Source: Spirochaetia bacterium (GTDB lineage: Bacteria > Spirochaetota > Spirochaetia > DSM-27196 > Salinispiraceae). From it: DNA of 64,000 bases. The position numbers and the translations under genes are program-made. The stretch spans positions 74,270-138,269 of the forward strand of contig JBBRCZ010000008.1 in NCBI GenBank assembly GCA_038204425.1, in the 5' to 3' direction. The notes beneath the pieces are model-generated. The model was not told the origin of the DNA. It searched no databases and worked only from the letters and a program-made list of their open reading frames with translations. This document shows positions 18,296 through 28,542 of this stretch, piece by piece; position 1 is the first letter of the stretch, and every line of letters begins with the position of its first letter.

Positions 18296-19285
18296 CTATT
18301 TTAGCGCATCGACTATGGTATCAGTCAGACGCTCAATCATCGTAAACCACGAACCATCACTTCCCAACAAATGTGTGTCAATTGCAACAGCCTTAACACC
18401 GGCGTCACGCGCCAAGGCTTCGGCCACCTTTGGTGGGGTTCCAAGCTCGGTAAATACAACGTTGACTTTTTTGTCCTTGCTTAGCTTGGCCAAGGCGCTC
18501 ACGTCTCCCGCCGAAACTCCCGCTTGGGTGCTAAAGCTCGGCACTATAGCCCCAAGCAAGCCAAAGCCGTAGCGATCAGCAAAGTAGCCAAGCGATTCAT
18601 GTCCGGTAATCAAAAGTCTCTTATTCGCAGGTATCTGTGCAACTTTGGCCGTTATACTGCCGTCCAAATCAGCAACTCGCTTGGAAAACTGACTGGCATA
18701 TTTTTGTAAATCTATTGAAAAACGACTCTTAATTTCGATTGCAAATGCATTGGCGACCAGTGCGACAGCCTGCGGATCTAGCCAAAAGTGTGGATCGTTG
18801 CCGCCATGACCAAGTTCTTCGTCTCCGTGCTCGTCTTCTTCGTCTCCGTGCTCGTCTTCCACAGGATCGTCTTCGCTGACTTTCCTAATCGCTATATGAT
18901 CGGTGGCAGTAAAAATGGGAATTCCCTTTTCTTTAGCTTGTGCCAAGGTCTTCTCAAGCCCGGCCTCAAGGCCGAGACCATTTACCACAATTAAATCTGC
19001 ACCGTATACTTGGGCAATGTCTTGGGCAGAAGGCTCCCATTCATGAGGATCAAGACCATTGGGGATCAAGGTAAGCACGCTTGCTTGCTTGTTTAGTTCT
19101 TCGCCCAACAAATCAGAAAGCACGCTGCCTAGGATTGAATACGTGACCACAATTTTCTTAGTTTTGTTGTCTCGCGAATTCGCTGAATCGGATTTGCCTT
19201 GGCAAGAACCGAGAACCAGAAGCATAGCAGCTAAGACCGCTACGCCTAACATAGCAAAGCCTCGTATTAAGTAGATTCTTTTCAC
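18296..19285 (-). CDS. Zn/Mn-type ABC substrate-binding lipoprotein (ZnuA/AztC-like) with an acidic His-rich loop
   Basis: Lipobox LVLGSC. DPHEWEP, NGLGLE, DPHFWLDP and GHESLGYFADRYG motifs. GTG start with GAGGTG RBS. Confidence 0.93.
   Translation of the reverse strand: MKRIYLIRGFAMLGVAVLAAMLLVLGSCQGKSDSANSRDNKTKKIVVTYSILGSVLSDLLGEELNKQASVLTLIPNGLDPHEWEPSAQDIAQVYGADLIVVNGLGLEAGLEKTLAQAKEKGIPIFTATDHIAIRKVSEDDPVEDEHGDEEDEHGDEELGHGGNDPHFWLDPQAVALVANAFAIEIKSRFSIDLQKYASQFSKRVADLDGSITAKVAQIPANKRLLITGHESLGYFADRYGFGLLGAIVPSFSTQAGVSAGDVSALAKLSKDKKVNVVFTELGTPPKVAEALARDAGVKAVAIDTHLLGSDGSWFTMIERLTDTIVDALK
18815..18859. repeat. Perfect 21-bp in-frame tandem duplication encoding DEHGDEE x2
   Basis: TTCTTCGTCTCCGTGCTCGTC at 18815-18835 and 18836-18856, plus TTC. 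Confidence 0.95.
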
Positions 19286-19327
19286 AATATCACCTCTTTC
19301 GATAGTAAGGTCCGCGCATCGACGGCC

Positions 19328-19362
19328 GTATTACTAAATAATACCGTATTATTTAGTAATAC
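19328..19362. promoter_or_regulatory. Perfect 17-1-17 inverted repeat made of two adjacent GTATTAC-N3-GTAATAC-type boxes (putative operator of the metal ABC locus)
   Basis: GTATTACTAAATAATAC-C-GTATTATTTAGTAATAC. Lies just downstream of a minus-strand TTGACA (19377-19372) and covers the -10 region. Confidence 0.8.
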
Positions 19363-19458
19363 TTAATTGTCTGTCAACAGCACTAGGCAAAATCAACACA
19401 TTTTTATAGCATTGACACATGACAACATTTGGGGTAGATATATGGTCACCAAAATCTT

Positions 19459-19531
19459 GGTGGCTGTAGTTCAGTGGTAGAGCGCAAGATTGTGATTCTT
19501 GTTGTCGCGGGTTCAAATCCCGTCAGCCACC
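19459..19531 (+). tRNA. tRNA-His(GTG)
   Basis: Cloverleaf with G-1, anticodon arm CAAGA-TTGTGAT-TCTTG, GGTTCAAATCC T-arm, discriminator C. Confidence 0.95.
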
Positions 19532-19567
19532 CTTACATGTTTGTATACCTTGGCAAGCATGTCTAAT

Positions 19568-19641
19568 GCGTTCGTAGCTCAGTTGGATAGAGTGCCGGAC
19601 TTCGAATCCGAAGGTCGCAGGTTCGAGCCCTGCCGGACGCG
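19568..19641 (+). tRNA. tRNA-Arg(TCG)
   Basis: Acceptor GCGTTCG/CGGACGC, anticodon loop CTTCGAA, GGTTCGAGCC T-arm. Confidence 0.95.
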
Positions 19642-19693
19642 CTATGATTGACACGGTGTTAGTTTTCAGACTAATGTCTGTCCTTCGTTAAAG

Positions 19694-19766
19694 GGGCCGT
19701 TAGCTCAGTTGGTAGAGCAGAAGACTCTTAATCTTCGGGTCGCAGGTTCGAATCCTGCACGGCTCA
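19694..19766 (+). tRNA. tRNA-Lys(CTT)
   Basis: Acceptor GGGCCGT/ACGGCTC, anticodon arm GAAGA-CTCTTAA-TCTTC. Confidence 0.95.
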
Positions 19767-19830
19767 AAAGCGCCCAAAAGGCGCTTGACAGATTGACCGA
19801 GCTGCGATAATATCGCGATCGGTTCCGTAA

Positions 19831-19912
19831 GCGAGAGTGGTGGAATTGGTAGACACGCCAGACTTAGAATCTGGTGCCTTACGGTGTATGGGTTCAAGTC
19901 CCTTCTCTCGCA
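19831..19912 (+). tRNA. tRNA-Leu(TAG)
   Basis: Acceptor GCGAGAG/CTCTCGC, anticodon arm CCAGA-CTTAGAA-TCTGG, long variable arm. Confidence 0.95.
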
Positions 19913-19969
19913 CTGTTTCGCTTGTTGACCATGGCAATGCTACTATTGACTTGCGTTTGTTTATTTCTT

Positions 19970-20041
19970 GCGGGAGTAGCTCAGTGGTAGAGCTCCACCT
20001 TGCCAAGGTGGATGTCGAGGGTTCAAGTCCCTTCTCCCGCT
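19970..20041 (+). tRNA. tRNA-Gly(GCC)
   Basis: Acceptor GCGGGAG/CTCCCGC, anticodon arm CCACC-TTGCCAA-GGTGG. Confidence 0.95.
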
Positions 20042-20050
20042 CTTAATGTT

Positions 20051-20084
20051 AAAAAGCGATCTGGGTATCCGGGTCGCTTTTTTT
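20051..20084 (+). terminator. Rho-independent terminator after the tRNA cluster
   Basis: AAAAAGCGATCTGG-GTAT-CCGGGTCGC followed by T7. Confidence 0.8.
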
Positions 20085-20163
20085 CTATCAGTCTCGTGCG
20101 CTCACTCGTGGCGCCGTCGCCGCATGGTCGTGCGACATAGTTTCCCTGCTGAGGTACCCATCC

Positions 20164-21528
20164 ATGGTTCAAAGTAAAAGCATCCAAAAACTTGACAAAT
20201 CCAACGTCAAACTTTCACTCACAATTTCTGGTGAAGAAACACAAAAAGCCTATGACAAGCTTCTTGGTGACTATGCCAAAAAGGCTCAGATAAAAGGTTT
20301 TAGGCCCGGCAAAGTACCTACATCGGTACTGGAAACTAAGTATGGCGACTCGCTCAAGATTGAGACTGCCCAAGAAGCAATTGAAGCAAGCCTAAAGACT
20401 GTCTTGGCAGAAATCGAAGAAAAGCCTTTGCCCTATGCTCAACCTGTTTTGGACGAGGGCTTTAGTTTTGTTCCAGGGCAGGACTTTTGTTTTGCGGTTA
20501 CTTACGACGTTTTTCCAAGCGTTGGCGCTATAGATCAGACGGGCATGAGCTATGAAGACGACCAAGTAAGCATCGGCAAAGAAGATCTCGAGCTCGAACT
20601 CAAACAACTGCAAGAACAAAACTCCATCATGGCTGAAAGCGAAGGCCCAATCGTAAGCGGAGATATGGTAAGTGCCAATTTTTGGGAACTTGACGGTGAA
20701 GGCAATGAAGTACCGGGAAGTAAACGACAAGACTTTGTCTTTACCATCGGACAAAACTCTAACTACTACTTATTTGATGACGAAGTAATTGCTGCCAAAA
20801 AAGGTCAGACTCTGAGCATCGATAAAACTTATGCTGCCGACTATGAGAACCCAGAACTTGCAGGACGGACGGTAAAAATTAGCTTGGAAGTGAGCCGCAT
20901 TCGTCGCAAGGATCTGCCGGATCTCGATGATGAGCTTGCCCAAGACATTGATGAAAAATATAAAACGCTCGACGATCTCAAGAAAGACATCAAAGAACGT
21001 CTAGAAAAAACAGCCGAAAACAAACTGCGCCAAAAAAAAATAACCAGCATTATCGAACAGCTCTTGAGCAAGCAAGAAATTGTAGTTCCTGAGTCAATGG
21101 TAAACGCTGAGTTGTACCAAAAATATGATCACATGGTTAGGCAGTTGGGTGGTAAAGAACAAACTCTGCTGCAACTCTTAGCAGCTCAAGGTTCGAGCCC
21201 ACAGACTTTGATTGACTCATGGAGACCTTTGGCCGAAAAAGAAATTAAGTCATCGTTGATTATTCGCGAACTAATTAAATCTGAAAAGATTGAGGTGAGT
21301 GAAGAAGAGCTAAACGAAGAGATAAAGAAACAAGGTGCCTTGTCTAACATGGATCAAGCGGCAGCCCGAGAATTTTTTGAAAAAAACAACTATTTGGATC
21401 AACTCAAGAACGCTGTTGAAGAGAAAAAACTTTTTGACGCCTTGTTCGCAAAAGCGAAGGCTGGCAAGGGCAAAAAAATTAAGTACGCCGACTTAGTCAA
21501 AGCTCATTCACATTCTGACAGTGACTAG
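20164..21528 (+). CDS. tig: Trigger factor
   Basis: IKGFRPGKVP ribosome-binding motif, FKBP-like middle domain, located upstream of clpP-clpX. Confidence 0.95.
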   Translation: MVQSKSIQKLDKSNVKLSLTISGEETQKAYDKLLGDYAKKAQIKGFRPGKVPTSVLETKYGDSLKIETAQEAIEASLKTVLAEIEEKPLPYAQPVLDEGFSFVPGQDFCFAVTYDVFPSVGAIDQTGMSYEDDQVSIGKEDLELELKQLQEQNSIMAESEGPIVSGDMVSANFWELDGEGNEVPGSKRQDFVFTIGQNSNYYLFDDEVIAAKKGQTLSIDKTYAADYENPELAGRTVKISLEVSRIRRKDLPDLDDELAQDIDEKYKTLDDLKKDIKERLEKTAENKLRQKKITSIIEQLLSKQEIVVPESMVNAELYQKYDHMVRQLGGKEQTLLQLLAAQGSSPQTLIDSWRPLAEKEIKSSLIIRELIKSEKIEVSEEELNEEIKKQGALSNMDQAAAREFFEKNNYLDQLKNAVEEKKLFDALFAKAKAGKGKKIKYADLVKAHSHSDSD

Positions 21529-21599
21529 CTGAGAGTATTTGACCATAAGGTTTTTTTTGCATACATTAAAATCTATTGATTTTGAGAGGCAGGGTTTTT

Positions 21600-22208
21600 A
21601 TGAGCACGATTTACAACGCATATTATCCGTCCATCTGGGAACAGACAGGACTTGGCGAACGTCAATGGGACCTTTTTGGTAGACTTCTTCGTGACCGGAT
21701 TATTTTTTTGGACGGCGAGATCAACGATCAAACTGCTGACGTAATCGTGGCACAATTACTTTATTTGGAAAGCCAAGATCCAGATAAAGATGTAAGCCTG
21801 TACATCAACTCTCCAGGCGGTAATGTTCTGTCTGGCTTAGCAATTTATGACACCATCAAATTTATTCGATGCAGTGTGCAGACTATCTGTGTTGGACAAG
21901 CAGCAAGTATGGCAGCTATTATTTTGGCAGCCGGCACCGAAGGCAAACGCTACATTTTGCCATCGGCCAGAGTTATGTTGCACCAACCTTGGGGTGGAGT
22001 GCAGGGTCAAGCAACTGACATTAAGATCCAAGCCCGAGAAATCGTTAGACTCAAAAAAATGTTAATCAGCTATATCGCGTCCGACACCAAAAAAACAGAA
22101 GAGCAGATTGGTGTCGACTTGGAGCGTGACTATTTTATGAGTTCGCAAGAAAGTGTAGACTATGGTATAGTAGACAGGATCCTAAGGAAAGGCGCTATCA
22201 ATGAGTAA
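21600..22208 (+). CDS. clpP: ATP-dependent Clp protease proteolytic subunit
   Basis: [25 protein letters not shown] (catalytic Ser), MLHQP, ERD. Start moved to ATG 21600. Confidence 0.97.
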   Translation: MSTIYNAYYPSIWEQTGLGERQWDLFGRLLRDRIIFLDGEINDQTADVIVAQLLYLESQDPDKDVSLYINSPGGNVLSGLAIYDTIKFIRCSVQTICVGQAASMAAIILAAGTEGKRYILPSARVMLHQPWGGVQGQATDIKIQAREIVRLKKMLISYIASDTKKTEEQIGVDLERDYFMSSQESVDYGIVDRILRKGAINE

Positions 22209-23445
22209 AAAAGCTGACGCTACCGCCGCCAAGACCTGTAGTTTCTGTGGAAAACCTGCAGAATTTGCCCGTAGATTGATCGCTGGTCCCGGCGTTTTTA
22301 TATGTGACGAGTGTGTTGTGGTCTGCAAGAAAATTCTTGAAGAAGAAGACAGCGTACTTACCAACGAAATCATCGTAGATGTTCCTTCACCGGCTGACAT
22401 CAAAGCCTACCTTGATGACTACGTTATTGGCCAAGACAGTGCCAAACGCGTTTTGTCGGTTGCAGTTTACAACCATTACAAACGAATTTCTGGCAAGAGC
22501 CGCATCAATGATGGTATTGAAATTGAGAAGTCCAACGTGCTCTTGCTTGGACCAACCGGAACCGGCAAGACATTGCTTGCGCGAACCCTGGCTCGCAAGC
22601 TCAAAGTACCTTTTGCAATTGCTGACGCCACCACGCTGACCGAAGCCGGTTACGTTGGTGAAGACGTAGAAAACATCCTGCTCAAGCTTTATCAGAGCGC
22701 GGGCCAAAACATCTCAGCAGCTGAACGTGGTATTGTTTATATTGACGAGATCGATAAAATTTCTCGCAAGGGAGAAAACATTAGCATCACGCGCGATGTC
22801 TCGGGCGAAGGCGTACAGCAGTCGCTACTCAAGATCATCGAGGGTACCATAGCCAGTGTACCACCCCAAGGTGGTCGAAAGCACCCCAACCAAGAAATGT
22901 TGCGCATTGATACCACCAACATTCTGTTTATCGTGGGCGGGGCCTTTGTTGGCATCGAACGTATCATTACCCAACGGATAGCTAAACATGCCATGGGCTT
23001 TGGCGCATCGGTTCAGCGTGTTTCTGAAAAAAGCTTGGATGACCTCTACAAACAAATCCATCCCGACGATTTGATTAAGTTTGGTTTGATCCCTGAGTTT
23101 GTAGGTCGCCTGCCGATTACGGTAGCTCTCAACGACCTTAAGGCCGAAGATCTAGAACGAATTTTGCTTGAGCCAAAAAACTCCATCATACGCCAGTACC
23201 AGGCCAGCCTTAGACTCGATGACGTTGACCTAGTTTTTGAAGACGGCGCGATTAAGGCAATCGCAGAGTTGGCTATCAAACGCAAGACAGGAGCTCGCGG
23301 ACTGCGTGCAATTGTTGAGCAAATGATGATGAATGTTATGTTTGAGTTGCCATCGCTTAAGGGCCAAAAGCGTGTTGTCATTACTGAACAGGTAATTCTA
23401 GAATCTAAAGATCCAGAAATTAGTTTCTTGCAGAAGAGTGCCTAG
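22201..23445 (+). CDS. clpX: ATP-dependent Clp protease ATP-binding subunit ClpX
   Basis: CSFCG...ICDEC zinc finger, [32 protein letters not shown]. Confidence 0.98.
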   Translation: MSKKADATAAKTCSFCGKPAEFARRLIAGPGVFICDECVVVCKKILEEEDSVLTNEIIVDVPSPADIKAYLDDYVIGQDSAKRVLSVAVYNHYKRISGKSRINDGIEIEKSNVLLLGPTGTGKTLLARTLARKLKVPFAIADATTLTEAGYVGEDVENILLKLYQSAGQNISAAERGIVYIDEIDKISRKGENISITRDVSGEGVQQSLLKIIEGTIASVPPQGGRKHPNQEMLRIDTTNILFIVGGAFVGIERIITQRIAKHAMGFGASVQRVSEKSLDDLYKQIHPDDLIKFGLIPEFVGRLPITVALNDLKAEDLERILLEPKNSIIRQYQASLRLDDVDLVFEDGAIKAIAELAIKRKTGARGLRAIVEQMMMNVMFELPSLKGQKRVVITEQVILESKDPEISFLQKSA

Positions 23446-23453
23446 TAGCGAGG

Positions 23454-25829
23454 ATGCCAATTTTTGAAAAAACACAAAAGGGAAGCCAAGTAATTGAGCT
23501 TCCCTTTATCATTGTTGACGAAATAGTTTGTTTTCCTGGCTCTAGCTACCCACTCTTCTTAAGCGCTAAATCAGCACTTGCTGCTATAGATGTCGCAATG
23601 GACAGTGATAGGAATATATTTGTAAGCCACCGAACGAGCAAGGAAGGTGGATCAGAAAACGACCTATCTATCATTGGCACTATCTGTCGCATTAATCAAC
23701 TGGTCAAAATCCCAGGTAGCGGTACACGAGTCTTGCTTGACTGTCTGGACAGGGCGCAGCTCTTAAGCGTACTCGACATTGGCACCAAACCCAGCGTTAA
23801 GCTGATGACGCTGGAAGTTGATCACCAAGTTGACCCACAGACTGCGCGCTTGATGAACATGGTCAGAGAAGACTTTAAGCGCTACATTCCAAGCACTAAG
23901 CAGCTAAGCCGAGACATACTAGTTGCTATCAACAACGCTGACAGTCCGCATAAACTTGCCGACCTGATCTGTGTTCATTGTGGTATTGACCATCTACGCA
24001 AACTTGATCTCTTGCTTCAACTAGACGCGCATACGCGCCTCAAAGACCTCGCGGTTGAGATCCAGAGCGAGAATCAACTGTTAGAACTTAAGAATGATGT
24101 CAGCAACAGAGTCAAAGTTAGAATGGAACAGACACAGAAAGACTATTTTGTAAATGAACAGATTAAAGAACTCAACAAGGAGCTCAGCAAACCAGATGAT
24201 AGCAACGGCATAGACGATCTCAAGCTAAAACTTTCGCAAGCCGATCTGCCGCTCGAAGTAGAAACCAAAGTCGAACTTGAGCTTAAACGCCTTGGTCGCA
24301 TGCAGGCCATGTCGCCAGAGTCCGGCATTTGCCGGACTTGGTTGGAATGCGTCTTGGACCTACCTTGGCATCGCTCAAGCCCAACGACAATTGACCTGCA
24401 AGAAGCCCAAGAAATCCTAAACCAAGACCACTATGACTTGGAAGATGCTAAGGATCGCATTCTCGATTTTTTGGCAATCCACCGCCTACAAGAAAACGCC
24501 AAGGCGCCAATTATTTGTTTTGTTGGCCCACCCGGAACTGGCAAGACTAGTTTAGCTATCTCATTTGCTCGAGCCTTGGGCCGCGAGTTTGTGCGCGTGA
24601 GCCTAGGCGGACTGCGTGATGAGTCCGAAATCAGGGGACATCGACGCACCTATGTTGGAGCCCTTGCCGGAAAGATTATTCACAACATTAGAAAATGCGG
24701 CGTCAACAATCCAGTTTTCTTGCTCGACGAAATAGACAAACTTGCCAGTGATAACCGTGGCGATCCAGCAAGCGCCTTGTTGGAAGTTCTTGACCCAGAA
24801 CAAAACAAGAGCTTCCTTGACCACTATCTTGAACTCCCGTTTGATTTGTCTCGCGTAGTTTTTGTTGCCACTGCAAACAATGCGAGCAACATACCCCACC
24901 CGCTGCGAGATCGCATGGAGCTGGTAGAAGTGTCCGGCTATTCTCGCTATGATAAGTTTCACATCGCAAGCGACTACATCATCCCCAAACTGCTCAAAGA
25001 ATATAGTATAGAAAGTCTGCCACTCACGTTTGAAAAGGATGCACTGTACTGTATCATCGACGACTATACGATGGAAGCTGGGGTTCGTAGTCTTGAGCGC
25101 TGCATTTCACGCGTTCTGCGCAAGGTAGCCCGCTTCAAAATCCCTGCGGCGCAGCTTCCGATGCTCAAACAAGATCAACTAGACCAAGATCGCTCAGAAC
25201 ATAGCTTTGAGCACATCACTATCGACCGCGATCTCGTTCGCTCATATCTCAAGCGCCCCCAGCTTGCCAAAGACCTCTTGCAAGACCAAGCAAGACCAGG
25301 AGTAATTCTTGGACTTGCTTGGACAGAAATGGGTGGCACCGTAATGCCCGTAGAAGTTGCGGTCATTCAAGGCAAGGGTGAAATTCATCTCACTGGCAAG
25401 CTTGGTGAAGTCATGAAAGAAAGCGCACGAATTGCATTGTCAGTTATAAAGGGCTTGGGAAAATTAGAAAATAGCCAAGAAATTGTGCTAACTGACAAAG
25501 ACTTGCATATCCATGTACCGGAAGGCGCGACGCCTAAGGACGGACCCTCAGCCGGTATAACGCTAGCTTGTGCCTTGCATTCTGCGCTGACTGCTAGGGT
25601 GGTTCGCAGAGGTTTGGCAATGACCGGAGAGCTAACCTTGTCAGGCAGGGTTTTGGCGGTTGGGGGTATCAGAGAAAAACTAATGGCTGCTCATCGTCAT
25701 GGCCTCAAAGAAGTGCTTCTTCCGGAGGCGAACCGCTCGCAAGTTGACGACCTGCCCGAGCTAATTCGCGCTGAGTTAAGCATTAACTTTGTCAATGACT
25801 TTTCGCAGGTGCTGCAACTACTCTACTAA
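23454..25829 (+). CDS. lon: Lon protease
   Basis: [50 protein letters not shown]. Confidence 0.96.
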   Translation: MPIFEKTQKGSQVIELPFIIVDEIVCFPGSSYPLFLSAKSALAAIDVAMDSDRNIFVSHRTSKEGGSENDLSIIGTICRINQLVKIPGSGTRVLLDCLDRAQLLSVLDIGTKPSVKLMTLEVDHQVDPQTARLMNMVREDFKRYIPSTKQLSRDILVAINNADSPHKLADLICVHCGIDHLRKLDLLLQLDAHTRLKDLAVEIQSENQLLELKNDVSNRVKVRMEQTQKDYFVNEQIKELNKELSKPDDSNGIDDLKLKLSQADLPLEVETKVELELKRLGRMQAMSPESGICRTWLECVLDLPWHRSSPTTIDLQEAQEILNQDHYDLEDAKDRILDFLAIHRLQENAKAPIICFVGPPGTGKTSLAISFARALGREFVRVSLGGLRDESEIRGHRRTYVGALAGKIIHNIRKCGVNNPVFLLDEIDKLASDNRGDPASALLEVLDPEQNKSFLDHYLELPFDLSRVVFVATANNASNIPHPLRDRMELVEVSGYSRYDKFHIASDYIIPKLLKEYSIESLPLTFEKDALYCIIDDYTMEAGVRSLERCISRVLRKVARFKIPAAQLPMLKQDQLDQDRSEHSFEHITIDRDLVRSYLKRPQLAKDLLQDQARPGVILGLAWTEMGGTVMPVEVAVIQGKGEIHLTGKLGEVMKESARIALSVIKGLGKLENSQEIVLTDKDLHIHVPEGATPKDGPSAGITLACALHSALTARVVRRGLAMTGELTLSGRVLAVGGIREKLMAAHRHGLKEVLLPEANRSQVDDLPELIRAELSINFVNDFSQVLQLLY

Positions 25830-25843
25830 GTCAAAAACTAAGC

Positions 25844-25881
25844 ATTGCATAAATATCCACTTTTTTTTATAATTATACATG
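25844..25881 (+). promoter_or_regulatory. Tandem ARG-box-like operator upstream of argF
   Basis: ATTGCATAAATATCCACT (25844-25861) and TTTTTATAATTATACATG (25864-25881) fit the 18-bp ArgR consensus with a 2-bp gap. Confidence 0.6.
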
Positions 25882-25955
25882 TTCACTATAAAGGGGCTTT
25901 TGCAAGTACCTAGTAGATCAGTTTATTGAGGGTTTGTTCCCTTGCAGGAGCACAT

Positions 25956-26897
25956 ATGCAGCTTGCCGGTTCATCTTTTTTGGATCTTGCCGATTTTGGC
26001 GCCGACCAAATTCTTGAATTTCTTGATATTTCAAGCCAAGTAAAACGAGAAAAAAAAGAAGGTCGTCGCTTGCAGCGATTTGCCGGATATAGTCTGGCTA
26101 TGGTTTTTGAGAAGCAATCCACACGCACCCGATGCGCGTTTGAGTCAGCCTTTGGTGAAGAAGGCGGACATCCTGTCTTCCTCGGGGCAAACGACATTCA
26201 TCTTGGAAAGAAAGAAAGCCTAGAAGATAGCGCGCGAGTTTTTGGCGGAATGTTTGACATCCTCGCTTATAGAGGTCATGGGCAGAACATTGTCGAAACA
26301 CTCGCCGAGTACGCCGGCATACCAGTCATAAATGCACTTACCAATGAATTTCACCCTACTCAAATCCTTGCCGATCTCCTAACACTACAAGAGGAATTTA
26401 AGACCCTCAAAGGCTTGCACTTGGCCTTTATGGGGGATGGAAACTGCAATGTGGCTCACACTATTTTGCAGGCCGCAGCGATTATGGGTATCCATTGTTC
26501 TATTATTAGCCCCAAAGAATACAGCCCTCAAGAGGAGCTTCTAAAAAATTTGGCGCCTTTTGCCCGAGTAAGTGGAGCCAAGTTGCAGGTTTGTCAAGAT
26601 TTGCCGCAAGGACTAAAGGGCGCCGACGCTGTCTACACTGACGTTTGGGTAAGCATGGGACAGGAAGCTGAAGCACAGCAGCGCGAAAGCCTCCTAGCAC
26701 CCTACCAAGTTAACCAGGCCGCCATGAAGCTGACAGGAAAACCAACCAGCATTTTTATGCATTGTTTGCCCGCCATAAAAGAAAAAGAAGTAACTTTTGA
26801 AGTCATGGAAGGCGGCCAGTCGCGTGTGTGGTCAGAGGCCCAAAATAGAAAATACACCATAAAAGCAGTAATTCTTGCGCTTTTGGGACTGGCGTAA
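25956..26897 (+). CDS. argF: Ornithine carbamoyltransferase
   Basis: FEKQSTRTRCAFE, HPTQILAD, DVWVSMG, HCLP motifs. AGGAG RBS before ATG 25956. Confidence 0.93.
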   Translation: MQLAGSSFLDLADFGADQILEFLDISSQVKREKKEGRRLQRFAGYSLAMVFEKQSTRTRCAFESAFGEEGGHPVFLGANDIHLGKKESLEDSARVFGGMFDILAYRGHGQNIVETLAEYAGIPVINALTNEFHPTQILADLLTLQEEFKTLKGLHLAFMGDGNCNVAHTILQAAAIMGIHCSIISPKEYSPQEELLKNLAPFARVSGAKLQVCQDLPQGLKGADAVYTDVWVSMGQEAEAQQRESLLAPYQVNQAAMKLTGKPTSIFMHCLPAIKEKEVTFEVMEGGQSRVWSEAQNRKYTIKAVILALLGLA

Positions 26898-27021
26898 CAA
26901 AATCAGGCCAAGCAACAAAGTCCTAAGAGAAAAGTTTTAAGTAAAGATGCGCTTTGCGATTGCAAATTATGCTATGACTGCCTATATTTTAAACAGTCAT
27001 TTACGCTTCAGGAGGATCCCT

Positions 27022-27456
27022 GTGAAACGTTTACTAGCCATTCTAGTGCTTTTTTCAATTATGTTGCTCACCGTAGCAAGTCTTGGTGCTCAAAATCAAG
27101 CTGCACCAGCTGCCGAATACAAAGACAAAGAACTGTATATCAAGACCTTTTACATTCAACGGGTCTATCCCCATAGCCTTGGCTACAAGGTTGACTATAT
27201 GACCACTTCTGGCGGACTAGCGACAACTTATGTGCCTATCAAGTGGTTTTACAAGTTGGGTGGCAAGGCCGAACTTGTATCGGACACAAGCCGTTCTACC
27301 CCCTATATGGAAATAGTTTATGCAGAAAAAAAGTTTTCTCATGTGAGACTGTTTCTCTACCCAAGCTTTGATCACATCAGCTGGGGTTCTATTAGAGCTG
27401 GCGGGCCAGATCTCACCGACAAGTTTAACGTTGAGGAACTGCAGTTGGTCTATTAG
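27022..27456 (+). CDS. Small exported hypothetical protein
   Basis: AGGAGG RBS before GTG 27022. Signal peptide followed by a beta-rich body. Confidence 0.7.
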   Translation: MKRLLAILVLFSIMLLTVASLGAQNQAAPAAEYKDKELYIKTFYIQRVYPHSLGYKVDYMTTSGGLATTYVPIKWFYKLGGKAELVSDTSRSTPYMEIVYAEKKFSHVRLFLYPSFDHISWGSIRAGGPDLTDKFNVEELQLVY

Positions 27457-27555
27457 GCTCACAAGCCCATGTATAAGCGATATGTCTAGCATTTAGTCCT
27501 TTCTGATCAAGCTTTGGATATGGATTAAATGCTTCACATGGTTTAGATTTTCTTT

Positions 27556-28542
27556 ATGAAACTTCAGGAAGTTCCACAGGAACTGATCAACTTTATTGCA
27601 AATCATGATACTTTTTTTGTAATCCCCCATATAGAACCTGACGGCGACTGCGTTGGTTCGGCTTTGGCACTGGCAAGTATGCTCAAACGTCTCGGAAAAA
27701 TTGTCTACACTCACAGCCTAGGACCTTTTGAAAAAAAGGAAGTAGAACGTTTTGAAACTCAGTTCCAAGGACGCATTGATCAAGCGACCCTAAAAGCAGC
27801 CAAGAATCCCTGCGCACTGGTAGTTGACTGTTCAACGCTTGACCGAATTGGTGCTTTGGCAGATGACATTGTCGGCCTTGCTGCTGCGGTTATCGATCAT
27901 CATAGCTCAGGCGTCGAGTTTGGCGACTGTAGATTTATAAACTCCAGCTCTCCATCCACTTCGCTTTTGGTTCAACAACTTATAGAAGCTTTTGGCTTGA
28001 GTCTGAGCAAAGAAGAAGCCGAACTAATTTTCTTTGCCTTTAGTACTGATACGGGGTTTTTCCGACACTTGGAAGCCAAGTCGGGTGAAAGCTTTAAACT
28101 TGTTGCCCGCTTGGTAGATGCTGGCGCTTCTCCCAAACAAACCTTTGGCAACATGAATTCGGGCGTCAGTTTAGAAAGTCGCTTGCATCTTGGCAAGCTT
28201 TTGTCTCGTGTCGAGCCCTACGCAAACGGCAAGATTCTTGTCAGCTACGAGTATCTCGAAGAAACGCTGGACTTGGGCAAAAAGAATAGGGAATCTGATC
28301 TCTTGTATCAAATGCTCATGGGAATTAGCGGCGTGGAAGTGGTTGTTAGCTTGCGAGAAGAGAGCAAAACCACCACGACTGGTGGTTTGCGAAGCCGTTC
28401 ATTTGTAGATGTTGGACACGTAGCCTTGCAGCTCGGAGGCGGTGGACACAAGCACGCTGCAGGCTTTATGGCCCAAGAAGCTCTCAAAACGGTCAAAGCT
28501 CAGGTGGTGGCCTTGCTCGAAGAAAGCATCCAAGGGCACTAA
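27556..28542 (+). CDS. nrnA: DHH/DHHA1-family phosphoesterase (NrnA-like oligoribonuclease/pAp phosphatase)
   Basis: [31 protein letters not shown] motifs. Confidence 0.88.
   Translation: MKLQEVPQELINFIANHDTFFVIPHIEPDGDCVGSALALASMLKRLGKIVYTHSLGPFEKKEVERFETQFQGRIDQATLKAAKNPCALVVDCSTLDRIGALADDIVGLAAAVIDHHSSGVEFGDCRFINSSSPSTSLLVQQLIEAFGLSLSKEEAELIFFAFSTDTGFFRHLEAKSGESFKLVARLVDAGASPKQTFGNMNSGVSLESRLHLGKLLSRVEPYANGKILVSYEYLEETLDLGKKNRESDLLYQMLMGISGVEVVVSLREESKTTTTGGLRSRSFVDVGHVALQLGGGGHKHAAGFMAQEALKTVKAQVVALLEESIQGH

Noticed and set aside
19700..20046. ORFs 19700-19897, 19764-20006 and 19837-20046
   Set aside because: They overlap clear tRNA genes and are shadow ORFs.
21032..21040. A9 homopolymer in tig as a phase-variation tract
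   Set aside because: It is an in-frame Gln-Lys-Lys-Ile codon run in a conserved housekeeping gene, and A-runs are common throughout the window.
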